A stretch of 64,000 nt of DNA from Octopus sinensis. Lineage: Eukaryota. A program made the position numbers and the translations under genes. The stretch covers positions 146,630,001-146,694,000 of the forward strand of contig NC_043000.1 in assembly GCF_006345805.1 (NCBI RefSeq), given 5' to 3'. Of the stretch, positions 38,919 through 51,907 are shown in pieces (within the stretch, counting starts at the first letter, position 1; every line of letters starts with the position of its first letter). Below the pieces are notes generated by a model. That model had not been told where the DNA came from. It worked only from the letters and a program-made list of their open reading frames with translations, and did not search any database.

Positions 38919-39722
38919 TGTGTGTGCGTGCGTGTGTGTATGTATGAATATGTGTGTTTGTGTGTGTGTGTGTGTGTGTGTTTGTGTGTGTGAAATTTTT
39001 ACAGTTATTTAGAACCCTGTCTGAAGTACCTTCGTCAGACTCAATATTTAAAAGAATTGAGTTAACCTTCAGTAAATGTTTCCCTAATTCTATATATAAC
39101 AATACATAGAAAAATAACATTAGTATGTAAATAAGTCGTAAAGAACAATGTCTCTCGAAGCAAACTATTTTGAATAATAACTTATAATACCTTGGGTTGA
39201 AATCCCCTTGGATGAGAAAAAGACGGAAAACCGTCTTCAAATTTAAAGCTAATCATTGTGCATATTTAAACTTACATATTTCGCAATGCTCCTAAATTTG
39301 CATTCTAAGAACATTAAAGGAGTTAATTTGGTTGAAGAAAGGTATTGCTTTAGTGTAATTCGTAGCATGTAAGAAGAAACGAGAGGTTAGAGTTTAACTG
39401 CTGTTTCTGAATGTGCTTATCATTACTCTACATTTACATATGACGCTCGCATCCAAACCTATGTGCGCGCAAATACACATGTGTCCAAGCATAGATTTAC
39501 ATAACAGTATTACTCTCTCTCTCTCTACCCACACATATTCCGGTCGTAAATGCACGCATAGCGTCAGTCTTAGATACAGTGTCATATTTCTCACAATACG
39601 GCAATAATACACCAATCAAAATGTACACGCAATCAGACACATCCAAACTTAGAAGGTTTAGTCAACACAGCAAGAACAAGAAGTAAGAACATATCAATAA
39701 GGCACGCGTACGCTCATACATA

Positions 39723-39758
<36 letters not shown>

Positions 39759-39759
<1 letters not shown>

Positions 39760-40065
39760 TAGCAGTATCGCCCGGCGTTGCGCGGGTTTGTAAGGGAAAT
39801 AACTATATAAGCATTTTTAGAGAGGTACTTCCCTTATATAACCCGAGCAAATATCATTAGAAATGCGGAAAAATGATGGTAATTTTTTTTTTAAATCGTA
39901 GACTCATCGTAGACGCGCGCTAACACTCAGAAGGACTCGATATGAATGACGACTATAAGATACCCGCTTTTGGTTAAACTGCACCGCAAAATGTGAGAGT
40001 AGTTAGGAATCTAAATCGAACGAGACAGAGTCTCACACACACAACTTCAATTTTGTCTATAAAGA
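39759..40065 (-). mobile_element. Non-autonomous Helitron (Lep1-like architecture)
   Basis: Minus strand: 5' TC(TTTATAGACAAAATTGAAGTTGTGTGTGTG), 3' GC-rich hairpin CCCGCGCAACGCCGGG then CTAG. Inserted between A and T with no TSD. Confidence 0.75.
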
Positions 40066-41548
40066 TATATTACGGAGATGTACTTGCACGTAGCGAGTGA
40101 CTTGATCTGAGATCGTGTGCTGGAACGAAAACAATTGCAGCGTGGAAGGTGTTTATAAGCCATTTAAGAAACACACAGAAACCATTAGATTCACTTCAAC
40201 CTTTATGTGATGCAGCACAGAGTTTGGTCAGTGAACAGGTCGCGGTCTCAAAGCGAAGCAAATATTTTGACAAATTAAATTTAAAGGTTGAAGTGAATCT
40301 AACGGTTTTTGTTTGTTTCGAAGCGAATGAAGACTAAAAACATTTACCATCTATATCCTGGACCATGGTTTCTGACTTTATATAAGCAAATAAAATAATT
40401 TGCTAGGCGAAGTCTTCACCAACAGGTATGCCTAGATTAAACATCTAAATACGAGGCAATCCAGCATGTGCCCCGTGCTTATATATTATAATTTTTCAAA
40501 TCCGTCGCGCAAGTGGTTTGGATTTTGGCTATTCCTTCTAGCGTGCCTCAGTCAAATGACAAACTGGTAAAAATAAAGAATATATATACATATGTGTGTG
40601 TGTGTGCGTGTATACATATCGTAATGCAGGGAAGATCAAATGAATTTGAGTATCTGGGTAATTTAGAAGCACTACCGACTATTTCCCAACGTCATAACAG
40701 AACTGTTATCGGCAAAGTAAAAGAATTTGCTCCATCACATTTATACAGGGCATATCTGAAAACATAAAATGAAATAAGACATAGCATAAAGTATATCTCT
40801 GAGAGGAACGTTTTTTTTAATAATAAACGAATATTATAACCTAAATTAGATAAATCACTATCTGATAAATGCCCATATCACAATATTATTTTATATCCAT
40901 CAATAAAAAGCAGGAAGGGAAACAGGAATTAGATTCAAGAAGGACATCGCATTTATTTAAATGGTAGCGATATAATTTAAAATGGAATCTAATTTGCGTA
41001 CGCCACCAGCAATTTTCAGGGGAACGGATAGTGGATTATATCGGCTCAAGACTTGACTGATGCTTTGCTTTAATGAACCTGGGGTGGACGGAGGTAAAGG
41101 CGATCTTTGTAGGAACTGAACTGAATTGAACTCACAAAATAAACAGTCGGAAGTAATGATGAAATACATTTTCTAAATCCTTGTTATCATTACAGGATTT
41201 CTGACTGTGGCTTCAGATCAGGAAATTTCGACCTCAACATCACTCTATTAATTTATTTTCCCATTAGACTGTGGCATCGCCTTCAAGAATTTTAGTCGAG
41301 CGACTAATTTACGGGAACGGAAACACGACGACACTGTCAAGCGGTGCTGGGGGGACAAAGACAGATTCAAAGACGCACATAGATGGATATGTGTGTGTGT
41401 GTGTGTGTGTGGTGTGTGTGTGTGTGGTGTGTGTGTGTGTGTGTGTTGTGTGTGTGTGTGTGTGTGTGTGTTTGTGTGTGTTTGTGTGTGTGTGTGTGTA
41501 TTACATTTCTAAATATCTCAGAGAGATATATGCAGTAGTGGTACCGTA

Positions 41549-41819
41549 TAGTAGTTGTATACTGTCAACTTAATGTGACAATCTCATGAAAGGAATCACA
41601 CCACTGCTATTTAGCCCTAGAAAGCACCAACGCTTCCTGTCGGCCTTGACACTTTTCCTGTTTAGCTATGTGGAGGTGCTTATCTCCCCCTTGTAAACAT
41701 AAGGACACAGGAAATGTGTCAAGGCCGACAGGAAGCGTTGCTGCTTCCTAGGGCTAAATAGCAGTGATGTGATTCCCTTCATGGGACTGTCACATTAAGT
41801 TGACAGTATACAACTACTC
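41549..41819. mobile_element. Foldback MITE: ~113-bp inverted arms, 45-bp spacer, TA flanks
   Basis: Arms 41549-41661 and 41707-41819 are near-complementary, roughly 90% by eye. Confidence 0.88.
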
Positions 41820-41862
<43 letters not shown>

Positions 41863-42261
41863 TATGTGTGTATGTGCGTGCGCGCGCCTGTGTGTGTATA
41901 TATACCTGTGTCTGTGTTTGTGAGGTGTGAAGTGTGTGGCCTAGTGTTTAAGTTGCTGCACTCATGTTCCCTGGATCATGGGTGCGATTCCCAGAGCGGC
42001 CGGCTCGTTATGTTCTTTAGCAAAACACTTCATTTCTAATTGTTTCGAGTCCCCTTTCGATGAGGAGGGAATGCTGGCCTGCTCACAAAAACAATGGAGT
42101 GGCGTCATGCGATGGCTATATCGATGCAAAGGGCACTATGGTCAGTGATTTGCAACAGCATCTGACAGTCTGATCGGCCACGTGATCACGTGATATAGAT
42201 AGACAGACAGACAGATAGATAAATAGATGGATAGATAGATAGATGGATAGATAGATAGATG

Positions 42262-42415
42262 ACGGGCTTCTTACGGTTTCTCTCTACAAAGTCCTCTCAC
42301 TGAGCTTCGGCGCACCCGAGGCTTTAGGAGTTTACATTTGCGCAAGATGTCATGCAGTGAGATTGAACCATGTGTTTGAGAAGCAAACGTCTAACCGCAG
42401 AGCCACGCTTGCGCC
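42262..42415 (-). mobile_element. SINE family A 5' fragment, old
   Basis: gacgggcttctt..gattgaaccatgtg..agccacg resembles the reverse complement of the A head. Confidence 0.6.
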
Positions 42416-42985
42416 TATATTAGTTTTCATTCTAAAACTAAAAAGCAAAGCACTAAATTTCGATACCTTCCAGGAAACATTCAAATATATTTTTAAAAAA
42501 TGAAACATAAAATTCGTAAGTTATAAAAATAATAATGCTAATACCTACAAGTGAATATTTAGTAAATAGTTATTTTTTCAAATTTTGAAATTAGTAAGCA
42601 TTACAAAATCTATTTTATATTACGTAGTTAGTTACTGCTTTTATAGTCATTTTGAAAGTACTTTAAGATATTTATGTTAACTTCTTGATAAATGAAACAG
42701 TTTACTATATGTCAAGAATATATAAGTTAAAATTAATTTGAAAATTCATAGCATCAGTTTAATACTTAATAGCATTAGATTAATAAATCTTAAATACATA
42801 ATAGCATTAAGATCATAAATCTAGATTCTGCTAGATAGAAAGCCAATTTTTTACATTCCATCAAGATATTTAACTCATTTGAAGTAACTAGCGCACTGAG
42901 CTGATGAAATCTTTCTGTCTCAATTCTTTGCTACTGTGATAACTCTGTTAACAGCCAACCAGCTCCAGAACTGAAATCCATATAT

Positions 42986-43018
<33 letters not shown>

Positions 43019-43143
43019 GCATACATATATATGCATACATATATATGCATACATATATAGATAGATAGATATAGATAGATAGATTAGATAGATAGATAGA
43101 TATATAGATAGATATATAGATAGATAGATAGATAGATAGATAT

Positions 43144-43180
<37 letters not shown>

Positions 43181-45530
43181 AATACATATATTACGGAACA
43201 GTCATTTACTGTAGTTTTAACTTCAATGTTTGGTGCATACTTCAACATTGCTCTCAGATCACTCTTGTTAAGATCATTCCTGTTAAGTCTAATTTTATTC
43301 ATTTCTACCTTATTTTATTAAATTCAATTTTATCATGTTGTTTAATCAATGAGAAAATAAATTGAGAATAAATTCGAATAGGAATGAGAAGCAGCGTGGG
43401 TGTTGTAGACTTCATCGAACGAATGTACTCAATACATGTGTCTTGCTTGTTTGCTAATAGGTTGCGATTTCGCAGTTCTGGGTCTAAAAACCACCTGAAA
43501 GTTAGAGAAAAGCGAGACAGCTCACCACTGAATGGGATTTTTAATTCACATTTGAATTTATTTATTACTTCTAATTCATATTTATTCCTACGTATCCATC
43601 GATGGGGCATACCAGCAGATGGTCTTTACACTATCTTGCATACAGTCATGGACTGGCGGTTTAATTCGCATCCGATTCAGTTAAGGTGGGTGATGTTAAC
43701 AAGCCACAAAAATGGCGAAGCATCGATGTCGATACTTCCTGAATGGGATTTGGGATGAGTTGTCTCGCTTGTCTATGACTGTCAGGTATTTTAACACCCG
43801 GTGCTTTGAAATGGTCATCTCCACCGCGTCAAACTGCAACGTTCAAGCGAACATGTATAGCGTATACTTTGAGTACGTGTCTTCGATAATGTTTGCAACA
43901 CTAGCGCTGCCTCTAATTCATATTTAAGTTATTCTTAAGTATGTAAAATGATTACAAGAAATCATCTCTTCGAAGCTATACTCAGAGGAGGACATAACCA
44001 CACCGCTGCAAGATAACGAAGACCTTCATAAGAATCGAATTGGCATTAATACACAGATCAGTAAGTTGTTTCTGTTCGTCACTACCTACGTACAACGATT
44101 TACAATGAGCCGTCTGATCGCTTTACGGCTTGACTATAGACATAAGACATAGTTGTTATCAACACTCTTAGAGAATACGTTATTGATCATTCTCTCTGCT
44201 AGAGTGTAACTCATCATATGACGGATAACTTTGGACGCATACTTTTCCCTCTCTGAATTTGTGTGTGTGTGTGTGTGTGTGTGTTTTTGTGTACCTGTGT
44301 GTGTGTGCTGCACTTCTGTCACCAAGTCTTTGCCTGTCACCAAGTCTAGTATGTAATCTCATCCTGTAACTCTTATGTTAAAAATCACTCGAGCAACCAA
44401 CCGACCAACCAACACTTTTATCGGCTATTCTTAAATAAAGATACGCTTCGTTGAGATAATATAACAAAATCACATGAAGATTTTATTGTGCGCATATGGA
44501 AAAAACCATACAGCGCATTGGAAAACAAACGTGTGATTTATGTTTTATAATGAGCAATATTACATAACGACAAATAATCTTCAAAGTGCGCTTTTTAATT
44601 ATATTTGAAGTACAGGAAAATGAACAAACAGAAAGAACGGATAGATATTCTGGCTGTTTGAGTTTTTGCAAGTTTAAGTATACATGTTTCACTAGAGTGA
44701 GTAAATGGCAGAGGAAGGAAGAGTCGGATAGAAGGTTAGAATGCGAGAAGCAATATGCGATCATATCTGTTTGTAAGTGCTTGTGTATATATGTGCAAAT
44801 AGCTGTAAGTGTAAGTAAACTAGAGATAACTGTATGTGTGTATAAGACTATGTCTGTTCTTTCTAATGTATTTAAGCATAATTATGTTTATACATTATCA
44901 ATATTTATTCAAAAGCAGCTTTTATCATTGTACTAAATGGTATTCGTTTGATGGCGTGTCGATTGGTTGGATAAATAGGTAAATGCCTACTGAGCAAGAG
45001 AGAAAAAAAAAGATAAGAAAACAAAGAAAGATGTGGACGGAAATAGAATGAGTGATATGGTAATATATATGAGAGAAATTAAAGTGTAATAAAACCTATT
45101 AAAGTCTTAATTTCACTTTGTAATGATACGCTTTCACACCATCCTGCACCAGCCTGTCTTCTCGTCTAGGAACAGAAAGAGTAGCAATAAAAGCTAACTT
45201 TGTGTTGAATAACATATCAGTGTCTCCGATAAATCCCGTTACAGACAGACTCGACTGAAAATTTCACTTTTGAGTAGGAGTAGATAAATTCACGAATCAA
45301 ACGATGCAGCTGTTTTTCCTGGACAAAGAATAGTATTTGGAAAAGGATATATAATAAGCTTTTAAGCCTACTCTGGTTTTAGTGAATGGACAACGGCTAT
45401 GCTGGGGCAACGACTTCTAGAGCTTTAGTAGATGATATAGGTCACAGTATGTATTTCACTGTAGTAGTTATTCATCGATTTATATTTATGAAAGTTTTGA
45501 CACAATGCCGATATTTTCACTGTTATTATA

Positions 45531-45758
45531 TATTTCTTTACTACCAACAAAGGGCTAAACATAGAGGGGACAAACAAGGACAGACAAACGGATTAAGTCG
45601 ATTACATCAACCCCAGTGCAAAACTGGTACTTTATTTATCGACCCCGAAAGGATGAAAGACAAAGTCGACCTCGGCGGAATTTGAACTCAGAACATAGCG
45701 GCAGACGAAATACCGCTAAGCATTTCGGCCGGCGCGCTAACGTTTCTGCCAGCTCGCC
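45531..45758 (-). mobile_element. SINE family B, full length
   Basis: Highly similar to 4198-4428. Confidence 0.88.
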
Positions 45759-45844
45759 AGAGTAGGCTTAAAAGCAATTATATATCCTTTTCCAAATACA
45801 GTTATTATAGGCAGGGACACTGATACACCCGCATACATAACTGG

Positions 45845-46138
45845 AACTCCCTCGGTTGTCAAGACGAGGGTTCCGGTTGATCTGATCAACGGAACAGCCT
45901 GCTCATTAAATGAACGTGTAAGTGGCTGAGCACTCCACAAACACGTATACCACTAAAGTAGTTGTTAGATTGATCCAAATTGTGAGAGGGGTAGCTCTTT
46001 GAGCCACAAACACTAATCATTTTTACAAGCTGAGTCGACTGGAGCAACGTGAAATAAAATGCTCAAGGACACAAAACAACGCCAGATATCGAACTCATGA
46101 TCGTGAGCCGAATATCCTAACCATTTAGCCACGTGCCT
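45845..46138 (-). mobile_element. Third tRNA-derived SINE family (C)
   Basis: rc head GCACGTGGCTAAATGG..GAGTTCGAT and CORE-like GTGTCCTTGAGCA. A related head is at ~41931-42035 (+). Confidence 0.55.
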
Positions 46139-46269
46139 TCGTATAACCTGCACACATATACGCACACGCGTAAGCATATATGTGTGTACGACTTTGTTTG
46201 ATCAATGTGAAGCCAAAGAGAACCCAATGAATATTTGCAGAGAGCGATATATTATTTATCAAATAACAT

Positions 46270-47320
46270 GAAATATGTAAACAAACGAGGTAAAAACAAA
46301 TGAAATACATAAACAACGAGAAAAATGGAAAACCGGACAAGTTAACACAGAGAAAGGACCCGTCATCAATTGTTGGCTGTCTATCTACTCTTCATTTCGA
46401 GCATTCAATGGAAATATGAATCTTCAGAGACAGTTGCTCCCATAAATTCTAAAATATAATTTAGGATTTATGGAGAGTCAAATTTAAGAACGAAAAAATG
46501 ATAGTGAAGACATACAAAGAAACCGAACGAAAACAAACATGGAAGGCCATTAGATCAGAATAAGAGGGAAATAGTTGACGATGGAGACACATTTTTTAAA
46601 GAGAAAAATAAAAGAGAGAAAAAAAAACACGTCCGTGCAGGAAAAGAAAGATGGTCAAGTAGTGAAAAGAAAGATGGACGATGGTCACGTGTGAGTAACG
46701 AGAGAGAGAGAAAGAGGGGGAGAGAGAGACATATAGAAAACGGTGAAGGAGGGAGAGAGAGAAAAAGGAATTAGAGAAGGAAGGAGGAAGTAAACAGTAT
46801 AGAGTAGAGAGTGACATCAATAAGGTGATAAACCAACTTGGAAATGGATGCATCAGTTTTAATTAAGTAATAAATAATAAATAATATAATATATACATAC
46901 ATACACAGATATATGGGTATAGGATGTCACCATAGATGTAAATAAGATGAAATACGTAAACAAACGAGTGAAATACATAAGCAACGAGAAAAATGGAAAA
47001 CAGGACAAGTTAACACAGAGAACGGATCCTTTATCAGTTGTCGGTTGTCTATCTACTCCTTATTTCGAGCATTCAACGACAATGTGAGTCTTCAAAGACA
47101 ATTACCCCCATAAATTCTAAAAAAAAAAACAATTAGGATTTATGGAGGGTCAATGCTGGAAACAAAACATGTCAGTGGAGATATACAAGGAAACCGAACG
47201 AAAACAAACATGGAAGCTAGTTAGATTAGAACAAGAGGAAAATAGTGAACGGTGTGAGAAATTTTTGTTGTTCTTTTTTTTGAAAAGAGAAATGATTGAA
47301 GAGAGAGAGAGAGAGAGAGA
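46270..47320. repeat. Two diverged direct copies (~46270-46620 and ~46915-47320) of an interspersed repeat, possibly a PLE end
   Basis: Both contain aacgagaaaaatggaaaa(c/-)(c/a)ggacaagttaacacagaga..gtctatctactc..ttcgagcattcaa..cataaattctaaaa. Confidence 0.7.
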
Positions 47321-47503
47321 GAAACACTGAGGCTTTGTATCGTTTAACAACATACATAAGCTAAGTCTATGATACTGATAATGTTTATTGTCTATCTGTA
47401 TATTTTCTCGTGTCCCTGTCTGTTGAAGAGCGTATATAAATGTTATCAATATCACAGACTTAACTTATGTGTGTTGTTAAACGATACAAACCCTCAGTAT
47501 TTC
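47321..47503. repeat. 68-bp inverted repeat with 47-bp spacer
   Basis: 47321-47388 versus rc 47436-47503: 60/68 identical by hand count. Confidence 0.85.
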
Positions 47504-48099
47504 TTCTAAGGGAGATCCATTTAAAGATTTCTGTTTAAAGACGTATAGTGTGAAGAAGCACGGCATACTTCAAAGATAGTCAAAAGGAAATCGCTGTGGG
47601 AGTAAACGAGTGCGCAGATACCGATAGTGCGCGGTTATATCTGCTCACCAGTCACATACTCCTCCACTTCCGGAACAAATCGCAATAGCTACCTAGAAGT
47701 AAGTATACCCAATAGTATAAGAATTATCTACTGAAGTGCAAAAGCGTCGCACGAGTGAATCGAAATTCGAATTTTGTTTTAGAAGCGGCGTGAACACGCA
47801 TACGTTAAATACATGATATTGATAATGCTTATATTATTGAGATTGAGCGGCTTGTAACACAAAATTCGAATACGATATATAAGGATGAAGTGATACTGAC
47901 GCGTGTGATTATTACATCTTTATAGTAAGTTGACCCTATACCAGTGGTGTAGATATTTTCGCGGGGAGATTCATTTTTGAACGTTCGATTGATGATCAAT
48001 CCATGAGATGTTTATTTGCTTTTACGATTTTATCTCTGTGTTTCGTTTAACATTGCACCATGTCATGAGTGTTGCTTCCATCATTAATCTTGCATTTTT

Positions 48100-49330
48100 A
48101 CGAATAATTCCATAAGTACAGATGTGTTTTCTCTACAATGTTCCTATTTAGTTCGGTTTTTGGCTGAATAGTATTATATATACAGAAAAATCTCCTTGCT
48201 GTAAGTGCATGTTCATCCGACAGAAAATTACCGCTCTTGTAACTTGCATGCCCACTAGATCCATTGAATTGGTGAATTGCAAATTCAAGTATGCAATATA
48301 TTTTACAAATCACTTTGGACATTAGTGGCTTGTTCATGGCTTTACATGCTTATCATCTGTTATTGTGACTTTATCTTTTAATTTTAGTGTTTTTGTGGTA
48401 TATTTATGGCATGGTGTAAGCATTCTGTGCTGCGTTTTATAGAGCTTTGGATAATATATTCAACTGTATTGTAGTTAGTATGTGTTTGATTCATGCAATA
48501 CACATGTTTTGTTTGTGTGTATCTAATTGAAGTGTATAATTTATTATTGTGTTGTATATCGTCTTGTATTGTTCTACGGCTTACCCTATCAGTTTCATAG
48601 AATACCCGATGTTGATTAATGTGTTTTATTCTGTAGATTTATTTGTTTAGCACTTTGTTAACGGCATAATCCGTATGCTTTTCAAAGAAGTGATTTTACA
48701 ACTGACATTTTGTATCTATAGGGAAATCCGATGCTTTCACGTAAGTTTATGCATTTATGCGTGTTTTTGATGTAAACGGATGCGATGTATCATTTTCTAT
48801 CTGAATGTTTATGTCTAGAAGTGGAATCATTTTATTGCTAGAAATGGAATCATTTTATACTATTCGGGATATTGACGTTTAGTACAGAGCTATTTTGTTG
48901 ATATTTCCATTACTTTCATAGCATATTCCAATTTGACCTTTACAAGCAGTACAGGCTCAGGAAACCTGATGTATATAATTTTGTCGTTGTTGCAATATGT
49001 TCTGTATTCGGTTGCATGGGAGTACCTAGAATTAAATCCATGGGCACCACTTGTTGATTTGCCGTGTACATTGTGGATATCGAAAGGGTGCTTCTTTTGA
49101 GAATAATAACAGCATTACTAATTTCTTCGGTATGTTTCATGCTATTATGAGTAAGTTGATTATTAGATGATTCTTTAGAGTATATAACGTAGTCAGATGC
49201 TTCAAAAAGACCTATAACCATTTATTTCAATGTAGGAATTGATAGGTGCGCTCTTATTCAAGTGTATGGAACTCAATGCTGCTTTGTTTCTGCTGCATGA
49301 ACTTTGGCAAAAAGGCTTCACACGTCTAAT
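48100..49330 (-). mobile_element. Degenerate Penelope-like element (RT + GIY-YIG remnant)
   Basis: Broken motifs GLFEASDYV, GTPMQP..KLY, IPLLDINIQIEN, LINIGYSMKLI and a Cys-rich region, in PLE order. Confidence 0.45.
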
Positions 49331-49847
49331 GTTTTTGTGACAGTAACGTTGGTAAAAGAAAAATTACTTTCCGAGCCTAACACGCGATTCTTACTTAAAC
49401 ATTTCGCGAAAGCGTGAAGGTCAACAACACTCTAGACACCATAAAGTAGAGAAACGTAGAACGATCGAGGACATTTAAAAACTCCACAGACCGAATGAAT
49501 TCTTGATCCGAGATTTTTATTAAAACGAAAGCATCTGAATAAGTTTCTATTGCGAGACTGAAGAACATCACTCTCTCTCTCTGTATTAAGCATGGAGTGT
49601 CGCTTTAACCATTCTTCGTTGAATTAATTACATCAATTATTGTTATTTCCAATTCTTCCAGATAAAGGGGACACAACTTCAACAGCCCCTATCGCCATAC
49701 TGTCTTCTCGTTTGTATCTAATTTCTTATCTCGTTCTTTCCCTCTTTTTCTGTGTTTTAATCCTAAAAGTTTGCTTGATATACAATCTCGTCAGTTCCAT
49801 ACTATCAGAATTATAGTAGCTACACTTAAGTCCTCTGTATATCATAA

Positions 49848-49904
<57 letters not shown>

Positions 49905-50139
49905 CATATATATATACATATATATAACATATATATATATATATAGGGAGAGTTTACGAGAAAAACAAAAGACGAAGATAGGTGGTGTACAAAACAAATA
50001 GATGTATTAGTATAACGCTCAGAATAGAAATATATATAAATATATATACAAACACACGCGCGCATATATACATACATACATACATATGTGTGTACCTGTA
50101 AACGTGCATGTATGATTATAGATTATGAAGGAAAGATGT

Positions 50140-51060
50140 TATGCCCATACCATTTATACGTACTCCAAGACCAGTAGACGCCTCTGCAAAGGAAAATCTC
50201 TGTAAGGTAGGAAGGAATTTCATACCTTATGAAGGAAGAGCCACAGTAAGGTGCAAAATAGAGTGTCAAGAAGGACGAAAAGGGGAAAGACATATAGACA
50301 CGAATGAAGACTGCCTCGACATGCAGAAAATATGGCAGCAGCAGTAGAAAAATAAGTAGAATGACGCAACCCGCTTATGGCCCACAGTTGGCGTGTGTTT
50401 GTGAGCAGCGTCATGCCAGTGAGTTGAATACTTAGTCTGTTGAGATGGTCTATAATGTTGAGTGCGTAACAGTTACACTTTCCTCAGGACGGGTGTTGTA
50501 TTTCTTGCGGAATATTTTCTGGTTTTGGAGCGAAATGTTTGAATACGGATTATGTTTTGGTCTGTTGTATAAGTGTTTTTGCTAGAATCTCAATGATGTT
50601 TGTAGTATGAATTAACGTAATTGAGAGGCTTCTAGTTAAGTGCTTTTGATGTTTAAAAAGTTAAGTTGCAAATATGTTTTCGTGGTATGTGCTGTGATTG
50701 AATCATGGGTTTAGTGCAAGTTAGGTATGAAGTGTTTCGGTTTCGTGTAGATGATATCTAGGTGCAAAGGGCTTGAGATTGTGGGTCTTATCATTTGTGT
50801 ACGAGTAGGTATTGGATGATGTGATAGTAAGTACGGCGTTCGTGAATATAATGTAAGTAGGGAACAAAACCCAGGGGATATTTGATACGCCTGTAGTATG
50901 CAAATTAGTTGTTCCATTTCTCTGAAGCTACTGGATTCGATGTGTATATAAACGGATTGGATAAGGTTCCTCTAGGATTGTTCAGGCGATGTAGTCACTT
51001 CTGATGAGACCCCAATGACCATCGAAAATCGATTAGGGTGTTCATTTGACAAATTTGTAT
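50140..51060 (+). mobile_element. Penelope-like 3' fragment (GIY-YIG remnant + pLTR-like tail ending in a hammerhead motif)
   Basis: KIECQE..RHI.TRMK resembles VYKI.C..C..YIGET.R..TRMKEH. TATA-like gtatataaa at ~50944 and a hammerhead-like motif at 50996-51040. Confidence 0.45.
50996..51040 (+). ncRNA. Type I hammerhead ribozyme-like motif (weak stem II)
   Basis: cactt CTGATGA gaccccaatgaccatc GAAA atcgat TA gggtg. Palindromic stem III; stem I has 3 WC + 2 GU pairs. Confidence 0.45.
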
Positions 51061-51494
51061 GACATTTACATCGGTTTACATACACACACACATACAGTAA
51101 TATGCATCTATAGATATGTGCGTATATATGTGTGTGTTTGTGTGTGTTTGTGTGTGTCTGTGTGTGGTTTAAGACACTTTTGTAGAAATAAAGCGAAAAC
51201 AGAAAAATTGCATTGGATCAACAACAAAATTATTGTGTAAGAATTATGATTTTCAACACAACGTAGAAATAAACACTAAAGAGAGATTTGGTATTCTTTC
51301 AAATCAGGAAAGAATGGAATTAATCAGTACAGTGTGTTTAGTACTGTGTTACACACAAACACGCATTCTCTATTTATCTATCTATTTCTCGTACTTACTT
51401 GCAGTGTTCATATTATTCGGTGTATGTATACACATACATATGCACACAAAAACACAAACACACACACGCATATATATATATATATATAGGCACA

Positions 51495-51860
51495 GGAGTG
51501 GCTGTGTGGTAAGTAGATTGCTAACCAACCACATGGTTCCGGGTTCAGTTCCACTGCGTGGCATCTTGGGCAAGTGTCTTCTGCTATACCCCGGGCTGAC
51601 CAATGCCTTTTGAGTGGATTTGGTAGACGGAAACTGAAAGAAGCCTGTCGTATATATGTATATAGATATAAGTGTGTGTGTGTGTATGTTTGTGTATCTG
51701 TGTTTGTCCCCCTAGCATTGCATGACAACCGATGCTGGTGAGTTTACGTCCCCTTTACTTAGCGGTTCGGCAAAAGAGACCGATAGAATAAGTACTGGGC
51801 TTACAAAGAATAAGTCCCGGAGTTACTCGATTAAAGGCATGGCCGCAGTCAAATGACTGA

Positions 51861-51863
<3 letters not shown>
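51495..51863 (+). mobile_element. SINE family A
   Basis: Same head and body as the other A copies, with a shortened tail. Confidence 0.9.

Positions 51864-51903
<40 letters not shown>

Positions 51904-51907
<4 letters not shown>

Noticed and set aside
43305-43927. Overlapping 100-124-aa ORFs on both strands
   Set aside because: No recognisable motifs; compatible with chance or an unidentified decayed repeat.
46330-46410. GAAA..GTA..(C/T)TGATGA on the minus strand here and at ~47030 and ~38790 as a type II hammerhead
   Set aside because: Stems I and II cannot be paired convincingly.
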